The notes under the pieces are model-generated. The model was not told the DNA's origin. It did not search any database and was given only the letters and a program-made list of their open reading frames with translations. The translations under genes were made by a program, and so were the position numbers. DNA of 64,000 nt from a virus. Lineage: Duplodnaviria > Caudoviricetes. The DNA lies in the IMG/VR virus record IMGVR_UViG_641201351_000001, positions 1 through 64,000 of that record, one strand, 5' to 3'. Every line of letters begins with the position of its first letter. Position 1 is the first letter of the stretch. Below are positions 55,109 to 64,000 of the stretch, piece by piece.

Positions 55109-55485
55109 GGTTCCTTGCAGCTATCCAAAGTTTCTGGCACAAAATGTCTTTCAGATTTTTTGTTTGCTTTCACAAAAAGCCAAACTATTTCACCAGCGAT
55201 TCTTGTTTTCTTTACTGCCTTGAAAATCGTTTCAGAGCTTTCACTCCAAGAAAAAGTATCTCCTTCCTTTAAACACTCAAATCCTTCGTAAGGAAATTCT
55301 ACATAATCTTTCTCACTTTCTATGTCATCTTCTTTTAGTCGTTGAAGTATGTATCTCCTCAAAGTGGAATAGGGAATATTGTATTTAACTGAAAGATCAT
55401 AATAACCAGCTTCTTTATCTCTAAGATACTCTTTATAGACCTCCTCTAATAGCTTTCGTTTTTCCTCAGAAATTTTTCTTGGCAT
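55105..55485 (-). CDS. HTH DNA-binding protein
   Basis: GYYDLSVKYNIPYSTLRRYI. Confidence 0.6.
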   Translation of the reverse strand: MPRKISEEKRKLLEEVYKEYLRDKEAGYYDLSVKYNIPYSTLRRYILQRLKEDDIESEKDYVEFPYEGFECLKEGDTFSWSESSETIFKAVKKTRIAGEIVWLFVKANKKSERHFVPETLDSCKEP

Positions 55486-56017
55486 ATTCTTTAAAATCCT
55501 CTGGATCTAATTCTTTTATTTCTTGAGGTAACATATCAAAGTCTTTTGATAAACCGTATTTGTTTAGAATAAAGTAGATTTTGTTAATTAAAACATTTTT
55601 TTGTTTTGTTATTGATTCTATATCTTCTGTTAATTCGCTTTTTGTTTCTGGTGTATCAATTGAACCTTTTTCACAAAAATCCAAATATTTTTCCTTAAAT
55701 ATTTCTGGTGGAAGCTTTCTTAAAGACTCATCAAGACTGTAAAAATTGTTTTTGCATCTAATGACAAAAAAAGACCTATTTTCTAACTCTATTAAATTTT
55801 CTTGATTAATTACAGAATTTTTGTCGTAATCTTTTTCTTCCTGAACCAGAGATGTTTTTCCTTCTGGAGTGTCTGTATCCTCCTTTCTCTGTTTAACATC
55901 TTCAAAATTTTTTTGATTGCTTAATTCCCCTATCGCTTTTAACAAATTTGCTAATAGTGATAAAATTTGAATAAGTGTTGGAAAGATTAAAAATAAAGAC
56001 TTTATAAGCCCAAACAT
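55466..56017 (-). CDS. Hypothetical protein with hydrophobic N-terminus
   Basis: 183-aa ORF. Confidence 0.5.
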   Translation of the reverse strand: MFGLIKSLFLIFPTLIQILSLLANLLKAIGELSNQKNFEDVKQRKEDTDTPEGKTSLVQEEKDYDKNSVINQENLIELENRSFFVIRCKNNFYSLDESLRKLPPEIFKEKYLDFCEKGSIDTPETKSELTEDIESITKQKNVLINKIYFILNKYGLSKDFDMLPQEIKELDPEDFKEYAKKNF

Positions 56018-56048
56018 AGTTCACTCACAAAAATGATAAAATGTATGT

Positions 56049-56315
56049 GTGGAAAAGCTCATTCATATTTATTATATCAAATCTGCAATTTCTGAAGACA
56101 AGAAAATAAAATTTCTCAGATTAAAAGATTTATGCGTTCAACTAGACGACATTTCTATAAAATCTTGTAATAAAGATGTATTAAATAAAATGTTTATCAA
56201 AGAACATATAGTGAACTCGCCTTACTCTGATGAAATGACTTTGATAAAATTTGCAGAAAAATTAACTGCTTTAAGAAAAATTTATGGCGACAACAAGATA
56301 CTTGAAATAATTTAA
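56049..56315 (+). CDS. Hypothetical protein
   Basis: Leaderless TGA-TAAAAT-6-GTG. Confidence 0.55.
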   Translation: MEKLIHIYYIKSAISEDKKIKFLRLKDLCVQLDDISIKSCNKDVLNKMFIKEHIVNSPYSDEMTLIKFAEKLTALRKIYGDNKILEII

Positions 56316-56358
56316 CCCCCCCCACGAAAAATAAGCTTTTAATTGCGTGGGGGGTTTT
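56314..56358. terminator. Probable bidirectional terminator
   Basis: CCCCCCACG...CGTGGGGGG stem with a large loop between convergent genes. Confidence 0.55.
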
Positions 56359-56361
56359 CGT

Positions 56362-57102
56362 TTATAGCTTGTGCGGATCAGAATATATGTAACCGAAGGA
56401 AGCACCTGTGTTGAATGTATCTGCAAGAACTTGATACCAACCGCTATTGTATAGCGGCCTTGCCAAGGCAGTAATATTTTCTAGAATAATAGCGTTCTCA
56501 GAAGAATACGAAACAGAAAAATCTCTTAACATTGCAAGGTAAAGACCAGCATTTCTACTAACTTCATTTAAAACCTTATCTTTCAATGCAACAACAAAAA
56601 GAAACCCAGGAATGTATTTTTCATTATATTCAAATTCTCTTCCGCTTACATAATAAAAAGTAGTGTTTGAGGAAAGAAAATCATTAGGTAAGGGAGTACC
56701 ATTTACATCACTAGGAAGTTCAACTCTCTTAATTCCTCTAGCTTCGGGCATATATATTTCGGAACTGTAAGCGAGGAGAGGGTTTATATTTACTCCGTTT
56801 TTAAAGGATTGCAAAAGTATTGTAGCTCTTTCCATTGTTATTGAACCATCATAGAAGCCTGGAACAAAAATAGGTATTGGCGTTCCTATAACAGTTCTCG
56901 TTCTTGATCCCATTGACTCGTTGATTCTTAAGTTAGTTGCTAAACCAATTTTTTCTACACCAACAGAAAATTTTTGTTCATCTTCACTAACTAGAGTTAC
57001 TTTGTCGTTATTTAGTAAGTCATTTGTTTCATTGGTACCTGTTGTTTTTACTCCAATTAAATAAATTTCGGCAAATTGAGAAGTTTTAATAGGTACTCCC
57101 AT
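56362..57102 (-). CDS. Tail tube-like protein 2
   Basis: KIGLATNLRINES..VIGTPIP..VPGFYDGSITMER; downstream of the sheath. Confidence 0.6.
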   Translation of the reverse strand: MGVPIKTSQFAEIYLIGVKTTGTNETNDLLNNDKVTLVSEDEQKFSVGVEKIGLATNLRINESMGSRTRTVIGTPIPIFVPGFYDGSITMERATILLQSFKNGVNINPLLAYSSEIYMPEARGIKRVELPSDVNGTPLPNDFLSSNTTFYYVSGREFEYNEKYIPGFLFVVALKDKVLNEVSRNAGLYLAMLRDFSVSYSSENAIILENITALARPLYNSGWYQVLADTFNTGASFGYIYSDPHKL

Positions 57103-57103
57103 T

Positions 57104-57754
57104 TTATCCTCCTAATAAAGCATTTGCGAGGTTTTCTATTAGTCCTCTGAGGTTAACGAGTTTTCCTGTTCCCCTTACATCAGTCATTATAATTGTGTCA
57201 TCGCCGCTAATTCTTGTTGAATACTCAGAGGGCATGAAAACATATAAAGATCTATTAAGAAAAGGTTGTACTATGTCAGAAAAACCAATATCAGGTGTTT
57301 CAACAGAAGTTATAGATATGAAAGTATAGAATGGATAATCTAAGAAATCCCTACCAGTAACTGGTCCTAAAAATTCTTCAACCCGTCTTTGAAGTGTAGG
57401 TACATACCAGTAATCTGGTAGTGTTGTGAAATCTCTTACAGAAAGAGTATCTAATGTCATTCTAGAGATAGAGATTGTAGCAGAATAGTTATTGGGAACA
57501 ACAATTGGGTTTGTAGGCTCACCAATTCCCCAAACTGGTCTAGAGTTATAAGATTCATCTATAGAAACATTGTTTGCGATACCGATTGGTTTAAACAAGG
57601 CGAAATTTCCTTCTAGTGCGCCCCAAATATTATTTGAATTGTTAAGAATGTTTAGCAGCGCTAAACCTAAATCAGCAGGTGATTGCCCTGCTTGAAGTAA
57701 TGTGTTGAAGGATAGTGTTTTTATTATTGCGTAAGGACTAAATCTTGGTGTCAT
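57104..57754 (-). CDS. Tail tube-like protein 1
   Basis: PIGIANNVSIDES..VWGIGEP..VPNNYSATISISR; directly after the sheath. Confidence 0.65.
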   Translation of the reverse strand: MTPRFSPYAIIKTLSFNTLLQAGQSPADLGLALLNILNNSNNIWGALEGNFALFKPIGIANNVSIDESYNSRPVWGIGEPTNPIVVPNNYSATISISRMTLDTLSVRDFTTLPDYWYVPTLQRRVEEFLGPVTGRDFLDYPFYTFISITSVETPDIGFSDIVQPFLNRSLYVFMPSEYSTRISGDDTIIMTDVRGTGKLVNLRGLIENLANALLGG

Positions 57755-57774
57755 TTTTTATCCTCCAACTTAGT

Positions 57775-59721
57775 TTACTCCAAATCGAATGTTACTTTCA
57801 TTGTAACTAGGATAAACTTAATTTCGGTTACTGGTTGATAGAAGAATTCTACATAGTAAACAGTTTTGTCTTCATTAGAAGTAACTTTTACATCTTTATA
57901 GGCAACGATTTGTTTGCCAACAAGATTAGATAGAAGTGCTTCTGTGTATACCTTGATGTCGTTTTCAGTTTTGCGCCCGTAGCTTTTTCTTCCAATGAAT
58001 TGTTCTTGTAGGTTTTTGTAAACATACGATTGTAGGAAATCATCAATTCTTCTAAGAACAAATTCTTGGAAGCCTTGAGTTACAGGACCAAGCCAAGTTG
58101 TTGGATTGTGATGAATACGATAAACGATGCCACCAAAAGAAGTTTTTACTTTTTCTACAAATAAAACTCTGTTAGAAATAAGATCGTCCTTTTGAGTATA
58201 GGTCCAATTGTAGAGAGGTTCAGCACCAATGCCGCTTATTGGTAGGAATGTAATAGAATCCTGGGGTTCTCTGTTGGCGTGCATGCCTGCAACATAAGAT
58301 GCAAAGAATTCTCCACCAAGAAGTTCAACCTTTCCTTCATCGTTAAATACGTTGCTGTAGAAAGGAAATACGACAGCTTGTGCTCTATCTGTGCCACCAA
58401 ACATTGCAGAAATTGTATTTAAAATATTTCTGTTATAAAGGTACTCAGATGCAGTTACAGATTCATTTGGAGAAGGCGCTGGTAAACCAAACACGCCAAC
58501 TCTAGCCTTTCGTCTGTTAACTTGGGACATTGTTTGTACGTGAGAAAGGAAAGTAGAAGCAATTCCCTTAAATATTGTTAAACGATCGTTAAGTTGTGTT
58601 ACATTTGTAAACTTGTAAGCTGGAATGACAAAGTTAACTTCTTCCTCTTCTAAAGTTGCCAATCCTTGGGACCAAATGTTTATGTAGTTAGATACAGCAG
58701 TTTGATAATATCCTGTGCCATCGTCGCCGTTTGTTCCACCAGAAAGGCTAAAGATTCTTGTGGCTAGTATGTGTGGGTTTATTGTTGTATCTACAAGGTG
58801 ATTGATTGTGTAAGCGTCTTTAGCGAACCAGTTTGCGGGATCAGAAAGAGATGTATAGTCTTGATAATCACTCCCATCAAAGAATGGTGTTGCTGAAAGG
58901 TTGAATAGTAGCGGGTTAGAGAGAAGATCATCAACTGTTCCAAAGCTAGTTTTTACTAGCCTAGACTTTGTAAAACCAAAGAGTCCACCATAAAGCACCT
59001 CATATACAAAAAGTCCAAGAGGTATATCTACTGGATTTGTATCACTAGCATCAAAAATTTGAACAACATCAGTAGGTTGAAGTTGTTCCTTAAGCAGATT
59101 AATTAGTGCAGTTTGGAAAGCTGGTCCTGCTGCTAGCGCTGCGTTTACTATAGATCTATCCACAAAAAATAGAGTGCTTCCTCTTTTTACTAAAACAGTA
59201 GGTGTTGTAAACTTTCTTGGAAAAGTAAAAGTTTCTCTGGTTACTGAAAAATCTGGATGCTTTTGGTAAATGGTAAAGATTATAGTATCATCAGCTTCAT
59301 TTGCAGAAGTGAAGTTTTCATCTAAATCAAAAGAAACATAAATCTGATTGGAACGTGTAGAAGCTTCATAAGAAACAAAATTTAAGTTTGCTGGTGATGT
59401 ATCAGAAGTATTTTGTGCTACAGGAATAGAAACACTAGCGGTTGTTGGGTTGCCTATTCTTACAGCAACAACCTCACCAGCACCACCAATAAAAGCGGCC
59501 TTAATATGTTCAAGAAGTGGCCCACCCTTAAAGATGCTGACAGCTTCAGCAAAGGAAGTCAGTCTATAGGGTTTATAAGTTTCGCCTCCCTCAGCTAAAC
59601 CTAGTAGAGCAACAATTCCTGTTCCTACTCCGTTGATTTGCTTAACAGCGCTTAGGTCAGTTTTTACATATGCGCCAAGTTGCTTTATTAACTTTCCATC
59701 AAAATATACGGAAATAGCCAT
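57775..59721 (-). CDS. Contractile tail sheath protein
   Basis: FDGKLIKQLGAYVKTD, ALLGLAEGG, LSGGTNG, YVAG, YQPVTEIKFILVT (Twort/SPO1-like). Confidence 0.9.
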   Translation of the reverse strand: MAISVYFDGKLIKQLGAYVKTDLSAVKQINGVGTGIVALLGLAEGGETYKPYRLTSFAEAVSIFKGGPLLEHIKAAFIGGAGEVVAVRIGNPTTASVSIPVAQNTSDTSPANLNFVSYEASTRSNQIYVSFDLDENFTSANEADDTIIFTIYQKHPDFSVTRETFTFPRKFTTPTVLVKRGSTLFFVDRSIVNAALAAGPAFQTALINLLKEQLQPTDVVQIFDASDTNPVDIPLGLFVYEVLYGGLFGFTKSRLVKTSFGTVDDLLSNPLLFNLSATPFFDGSDYQDYTSLSDPANWFAKDAYTINHLVDTTINPHILATRIFSLSGGTNGDDGTGYYQTAVSNYINIWSQGLATLEEEEVNFVIPAYKFTNVTQLNDRLTIFKGIASTFLSHVQTMSQVNRRKARVGVFGLPAPSPNESVTASEYLYNRNILNTISAMFGGTDRAQAVVFPFYSNVFNDEGKVELLGGEFFASYVAGMHANREPQDSITFLPISGIGAEPLYNWTYTQKDDLISNRVLFVEKVKTSFGGIVYRIHHNPTTWLGPVTQGFQEFVLRRIDDFLQSYVYKNLQEQFIGRKSYGRKTENDIKVYTEALLSNLVGKQIVAYKDVKVTSNEDKTVYYVEFFYQPVTEIKFILVTMKVTFDLE

Positions 59722-59781
59722 GTTTTTTACCTCCTTCCCCCATTTTACAGAAGCTATTTTGTTTTTTTAGGAACTAAAAAT

Positions 59782-60492
59782 TTATGTTTCTACGGGCATT
59801 TTTATACAAACCTTTTTAAAGGAGCCGTCCTCATTGATTATTATTGCTTCGTAATCTTCGCAATCTTCGTTAGGAAGAACATCTCTTATTATGCCAAAAT
59901 AAGCTTCTTCTCTTGGAATTTTTTTACCAAATATCAACCTTTTTCCGCTTGCATATACCTCTCTGTAAAAAAGTGGATGATTAGCTATGATTTTTTCGTC
60001 TTGGCTATCGTTATATCTTTCAATTACAAAATCTGGAATTCCTCTTTTTAAGAGGTAAAAAGATTCTTGCGCTTCAAGCAAAAGGCGCAAAACAAAATCC
60101 CCTAACACATCTCTGTCAATAGGATCAAAAGACCAAATGAAGAAAGAAACTTTGAATTCTTCTATGAAACCATAAATGTCTTTTTTCAAAACATTACCTA
60201 TAAATCTTTTACTTCCTTGATTATCTAAGGCGATGTTTATGCCTCTTTTAAATAAAAATTCATTATCAGTATTGGCATTTTTTAAGGTTGTGAAGTATGT
60301 AGCAGATGGAAAAGAAGTTGTTATACTAAGTGGGTTTCTTAAGTTTAGCTGATTAAAAATGTTCTTAAAATAATCTACAAAAACTAATTTTGGATTAGGA
60401 TAAGAAGGTATAGGTAAATCGCTATTTGGAACATAGTTTTGAGCAATGCTCAAAAACTCTAAATCATTTGTCAAATCGCTAAAGGTTGACAT
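59782..60492 (-). CDS. Neck/tail completion protein (putative)
   Basis: Lies between head and sheath genes; FFIWSFDPIDRD. Confidence 0.5.
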   Translation of the reverse strand: MSTFSDLTNDLEFLSIAQNYVPNSDLPIPSYPNPKLVFVDYFKNIFNQLNLRNPLSITTSFPSATYFTTLKNANTDNEFLFKRGINIALDNQGSKRFIGNVLKKDIYGFIEEFKVSFFIWSFDPIDRDVLGDFVLRLLLEAQESFYLLKRGIPDFVIERYNDSQDEKIIANHPLFYREVYASGKRLIFGKKIPREEAYFGIIRDVLPNEDCEDYEAIIINEDGSFKKVCIKMPVET

Positions 60493-60494
60493 AA

Positions 60495-61157
60495 TTAGTT
60501 CTCCTTGTTAATTGCGTCAATAAAAATGTTCTTTAAAATATCTTCTATTTCCTCGTTTTTTGCGCCTACAAAATTAACTGATTCTACGACTTCTGTGTAA
60601 TTTGAATTTTCAAAATTAGCGTTTTCTTTGCCAAGAGCAATTCTTTCAGATAGATAATGAGTTGCTACTTTAAAAGATTTGTATAGCATTCCAGCTAACC
60701 AAATATCTTTAGGCTCAGAATCAACATAAACGCTTGTGTAGAGCGTTCCATCGGAAGAATAAATATCAAACCTATCTCTTATAAAAAACAATCCCCCTTC
60801 TTCTTGAAGTTTTAGAAGTTTTACTGGAACTTCTGGTTTAGTTACCATTCTAAAAGTATCTGTAAAAAATACGCCTTCACGCCTTCTTTGTGGAGTGTCA
60901 GAATTGTCTATAACTATGGCTATAGTTTCTATTGGGTTCTTATAAACAACACCGCTACCGCCACAAACAGGACAATTTATTGAAGGATTTAGCGTTCTTT
61001 TATCAAAACAAGTTTTGCCATCTGGAAAACGATAATTGCAAAGTTCAGCTTCGTAATATAAAACTTTATATCCGCCCATAAAAAAGGCTTTCTCTACTAT
61101 GTTTTTCGCTATAGAATATAGCCTTGTTGAAGGATATTCGTTAAATTTGAATTTCAT
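60495..61157 (-). CDS. Head-closure/neck protein with Zn ribbon (putative)
   Basis: ELC..TC..CPVCGGSG..Y as in Twort-like neck proteins. Confidence 0.55.
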   Translation of the reverse strand: MKFKFNEYPSTRLYSIAKNIVEKAFFMGGYKVLYYEAELCNYRFPDGKTCFDKRTLNPSINCPVCGGSGVVYKNPIETIAIVIDNSDTPQRRREGVFFTDTFRMVTKPEVPVKLLKLQEEGGLFFIRDRFDIYSSDGTLYTSVYVDSEPKDIWLAGMLYKSFKVATHYLSERIALGKENANFENSNYTEVVESVNFVGAKNEEIEDILKNIFIDAINKEN

Positions 61158-61166
61158 TTTCTTTAT

Positions 61167-61682
61167 TCAGAATACATCAATTTTTTCAAGATTTCTTATG
61201 TAAGAAATTTGCTGAAGCTCACCTAAAATCTTTTCCTCAAAAATGCCATTTCCCATCTTAGATATATAGAGTTCGTTTTTCCTGAAATTTAACAAATCCT
61301 CTCTTTTAAAGAAAATTATTGTTTGCGAAAAAGAATAGCTTCCTTTGGGAAATAAGTTGTAATTGTATATTCTGTATACATTCGTTAGGTAAATTGTTTT
61401 TTCATGTATTAGCTGTTTTAGTGTTTCCATTGATATATTAAATGATTTTTTGCTATACCTAAATAAAGAAATTTTTATCATAGAATTTTCACCAGCAAAG
61501 ATAATTTCATCAGCGTCCAAAAACTTTAAAAAATCATTAGTACTTACATAGAAGACATTTGTTGAAATCTTTTTTCTTCCCAAATTAATGGAACACTTCA
61601 AGTTAAACTCTCTGAAGTTGAAGTTTTTTTGGAGATATTCTTCATAACGCTTTACAGTTTTTACTTTATTCAAATGGCTCAT
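61167..61682 (-). CDS. Hypothetical protein
   Basis: Preceded by TGTTATAAT with no SD. Confidence 0.5.
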   Translation of the reverse strand: MSHLNKVKTVKRYEEYLQKNFNFREFNLKCSINLGRKKISTNVFYVSTNDFLKFLDADEIIFAGENSMIKISLFRYSKKSFNISMETLKQLIHEKTIYLTNVYRIYNYNLFPKGSYSFSQTIIFFKREDLLNFRKNELYISKMGNGIFEEKILGELQQISYIRNLEKIDVF

Positions 61683-61706
61683 GCTAGCTACATTATAACA
61701 AAAAAG

Positions 61707-61740
61707 AAAATGCCCCCCAACAAATGGGAGGCATTTTTTT
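61707..61740 (-). terminator. Intrinsic terminator after major capsid gene
   Basis: AAAATGCCCCCCA-ACAAA-TGGGAGGCATTTT flanked by A/T runs. Confidence 0.7.
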
Positions 61741-61755
61741 AGCTTACTTCAATCT

Positions 61756-63168
61756 TTATACAATTGGTTCTTGACCAACGTTGACGATGAGGAAGTTAAA
61801 TTCTGGGGCTCTAGAGAATACAGAAGCTACCTTCCATATGACGTAATCATGAGTAAGTGCAGGAGGTAGTCTGTAAAGTTCCATACCAATCCAGACAGCC
61901 ATAGTAGTTACATTAGGATCTATTCCTACAACTACACCAGTTCCAGGAATTTTCTTCCATCTATAAACGCCGGAAGGAGTAGTTACTGTTTCATGACCAT
62001 CATCTATCCAAGTAAAGTCGCCGTTTACAGTAGACACCTTAACACGCTTATAGAACTTGTATTCTTGAGAACCAGGATCCTTTCTGTAAACATCAAGCCA
62101 CTTTACATTGACAAGACCATGGAATTGGAACCGAACACCTTTACCAGCTTCAGTAGAGTCGATATAGACATCTATATACTTGGCAGCACTTTCTCCATAG
62201 AAGTTGGCTGCCTTGAAAGCATAGCTGTAAACTGTTGTATTAGCAGGATCGCCAAGACCGCTGTTGTAAGGCAGAGTTACGAAATTATCTGTAGTGCTAA
62301 CAGTCCAAGAGTTAGAAGGAGCAGCGAAATCACCTACCTCAGCACCGAAACGAGCAGGGTTAAACTTGTGGAAATCACCGAGGAACTGAGAAGGATAGAG
62401 AGAATGTTCGCCACGAACGCCGATATAGGACTGAGCATCTGCACCAAGCAGACCAGCCCTTCTATCGGCAGTAGTCATTACTCTAGAGATTTGGTAGAAA
62501 GAAGCTTGTAAGTTAAGCTTATCAACATAGCTAATGAATACAGCAGTAGGATTAGCGAAAGCTTGTGTAGATACTACACGGCTTTCAGCTTCCCAAAGCA
62601 GGTCAATGGAAAGAGGTCTACCTCCAGCATCAAGAACATTTTGAGGAGCGCCCCTCTTAATTATATTGATGATGCCATCCTGTTGAAGATTATTTGGGCT
62701 ACCAGGAACATCATCGCCAAGAAGGTTATCTCCATAGAAAGCCAAATACTCAAATTCGTTGGCAACAGCGATCATCTTTTCACGCTTAACCAACTCGTCA
62801 ATCTGCATAACGCCATTTTGGGTAGTCCTGGTAGCTAGCTCGGTAACTGTAATCCTGTGTCCAACTAGCATTGGCCTAATGCGTCTACGGACAACATTGA
62901 CCTCTACAGTCCTAGGAAGACCGCCTTCTCTGAAAGCAGCATAACCAATCTTATCGTGCCTAGCAGTTACAACATTGTATTCGTGTTCATAAGCTTTTGC
63001 CTTTACAGCGTTCTTTGAAAGAAGATCAGTAAGCGGAGTGTCAAGAACATTGAGTTGAGTTACTTCAGGTTCTAGGTCTTCTCTTTCTAAAGACTCTGCA
63101 ACTTGACCAGCTGCATTAAGCGCTTTTAGTGTTGCTTCATCCAAGTGCTTTAAATGTTCGTATGGCAT
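61756..63168 (-). CDS. Major capsid protein (HK97 fold, Twort/SPO1-like)
   Basis: SLEREDLEPEV, HEYNVV, FREGGLP, FEYLAFYGD, QQDGI, NVLDAGGRPLS. Strong AGGAGGT SD. Confidence 0.9.
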   Translation of the reverse strand: MPYEHLKHLDEATLKALNAAGQVAESLEREDLEPEVTQLNVLDTPLTDLLSKNAVKAKAYEHEYNVVTARHDKIGYAAFREGGLPRTVEVNVVRRRIRPMLVGHRITVTELATRTTQNGVMQIDELVKREKMIAVANEFEYLAFYGDNLLGDDVPGSPNNLQQDGIINIIKRGAPQNVLDAGGRPLSIDLLWEAESRVVSTQAFANPTAVFISYVDKLNLQASFYQISRVMTTADRRAGLLGADAQSYIGVRGEHSLYPSQFLGDFHKFNPARFGAEVGDFAAPSNSWTVSTTDNFVTLPYNSGLGDPANTTVYSYAFKAANFYGESAAKYIDVYIDSTEAGKGVRFQFHGLVNVKWLDVYRKDPGSQEYKFYKRVKVSTVNGDFTWIDDGHETVTTPSGVYRWKKIPGTGVVVGIDPNVTTMAVWIGMELYRLPPALTHDYVIWKVASVFSRAPEFNFLIVNVGQEPIV

Positions 63169-63203
63169 ATTTGTTTTACCTCCTCTTCAAATCATATAAT
63201 AGC

Positions 63204-64000
63204 TTATTGGCTAATTTTGCGATTATTCTTATATTGTCTGTAAATAAGCTCAAATTCCTCTGGTTCTAAACCAAATTCTTCTTTTGCAAAGTTATAAAGC
63301 TCCATTTTCTTCTCATTAAGCTGAATTGGTGTTCCCTTATAAGTTAGGTATTCTTTTATTTTTTCTTCTAAGCTTTTCAGCTTAGCCTTGTTAGCTAGAA
63401 CAGACTTTAGCTTTTCTTGAAAGTTGCTTTCAAATGTTCCTGCTTGAGGGTGAACTTCAGTATTTACGCCAAGCCTAGGAGCGATATTGACACTATTTAA
63501 AGACTTGGTTGTAGATTCTAGTTTTTCATTAACTTCCTTGTAAAGGTCTTCAAACGAAGAAAGAGATTTTTCTACGCTTTCAATTTTTTCGTTATAAGAT
63601 TCAAGCTTGCTAATAACAGACTTTAGCTCTGCGAATTTTTCAAGGCTAGCTTCAACAATGTCAACAACATAATTAACTCTGTTTTCTAAGGAAGCCAATT
63701 TAGATTCAACAAAAGATTTTAGCTCTGCTAGAGAACTAGAAACAACTGCATCTTCGCTTTCTTCTTGCGGCGCTTTAGAAGAAAGCATAGAAAGAACCCC
63801 AGAAAGCTTTTCTTCTAGAAAGTCTAGCTTATCAAGGATGTAATTGAAAGTTTCTTCATCTTCCTTTTCGTGTTCTTCTACTTCTTCTTGAACCAAAGCA
63901 ACTTTGTCCTGTGTTTCTTCATTTTGACCTTCTAAAGCGCCCTCTTCTTTATCTTCTTCAGAAGGTTCTTCAGAAGCTTCTCCTTGTAGATCGCCTAAGT
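63204..64000 (-). CDS. Acidic coiled-coil scaffold / prohead protein, 5'-truncated by the window edge
   Basis: The frame stays open upstream of 63896 to the window end. Glu-rich coiled coil directly upstream of the capsid gene. Confidence 0.6.
   Translation of the reverse strand, partial: LGDLQGEASEEPSEEDKEEGALEGQNEETQDKVALVQEEVEEHEKEDEETFNYILDKLDFLEEKLSGVLSMLSSKAPQEESEDAVVSSSLAELKSFVESKLASLENRVNYVVDIVEASLEKFAELKSVISKLESYNEKIESVEKSLSSFEDLYKEVNEKLESTTKSLNSVNIAPRLGVNTEVHPQAGTFESNFQEKLKSVLANKAKLKSLEEKIKEYLTYKGTPIQLNEKKMELYNFAKEEFGLEPEEFELIYRQYKNNRKISQ

Noticed and set aside
61993-62944. Plus-strand ORFs (172, 91, 61 aa) antisense to the capsid gene
   Set aside because: Shadow ORFs from the codon bias of a highly expressed gene; no RBS or motifs.
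1-64000. CRISPR array, transposon, integrase, reverse transcriptase or hypermodified-base pathway
   Set aside because: No repeat-spacer array or matching motifs seen by eye; a very short or degenerate array cannot be excluded without computation.

Overview
AT-rich, densely coding 64-kb segment of a large lytic myovirus genome. It has no rRNA, integrase, transposase or CRISPR array. Gene content and order match my recollection of Thermus thermophilus phage phiYS40 (or the related TMA); this is unverified and needs BLASTN. Virion genes are scattered among other functions: portal, TerL, major capsid, tail sheath, two tube-like proteins, a gp25-like wedge and an S74-chaperoned spike/fiber. Replication/recombination genes are PolA, DnaB, DnaG, an AEP/Rep-like protein, a double-OB SSB, RecA, a Rad52/DdrA-like annealase, a Ref-like HNH, a UvsY-like protein, an SF2 helicase, a RuvC-like resolvase and two Cas4-like nucleases. 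Nucleotide metabolism genes are dUTPase, ThyX, dCMP deaminase, GMPR/IMPDH, a split class II RNR, dNMP kinase and a degenerate TK. Host-like accessory genes are SpeD, an Hc1 histone-like protein, ClpP, GroES, thioredoxin, and a complete YeaH-SpoVR-YeaG/PrkA triad. There is one tRNA-Thr(UGU). Many genes sit 6-7 nt downstream of a -10 hexamer with no Shine-Dalgarno, which implies leaderless mRNAs; several ORF-track starts were corrected on this basis. Top leads: (1) the phage-borne YeaG/YeaH/SpoVR system; (2) a Rad52-RecA-Ref-UvsY recombination operon; (3) an apparently active/dead paralog pair of (alpha/alpha)6 glycosidase-like proteins; (4) an Hc1+SpeD DNA-compaction pair; (5) a GroES/thioredoxin/membrane-CxxC folding cluster. 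All family assignments come from motif recognition by eye, not from database searches.
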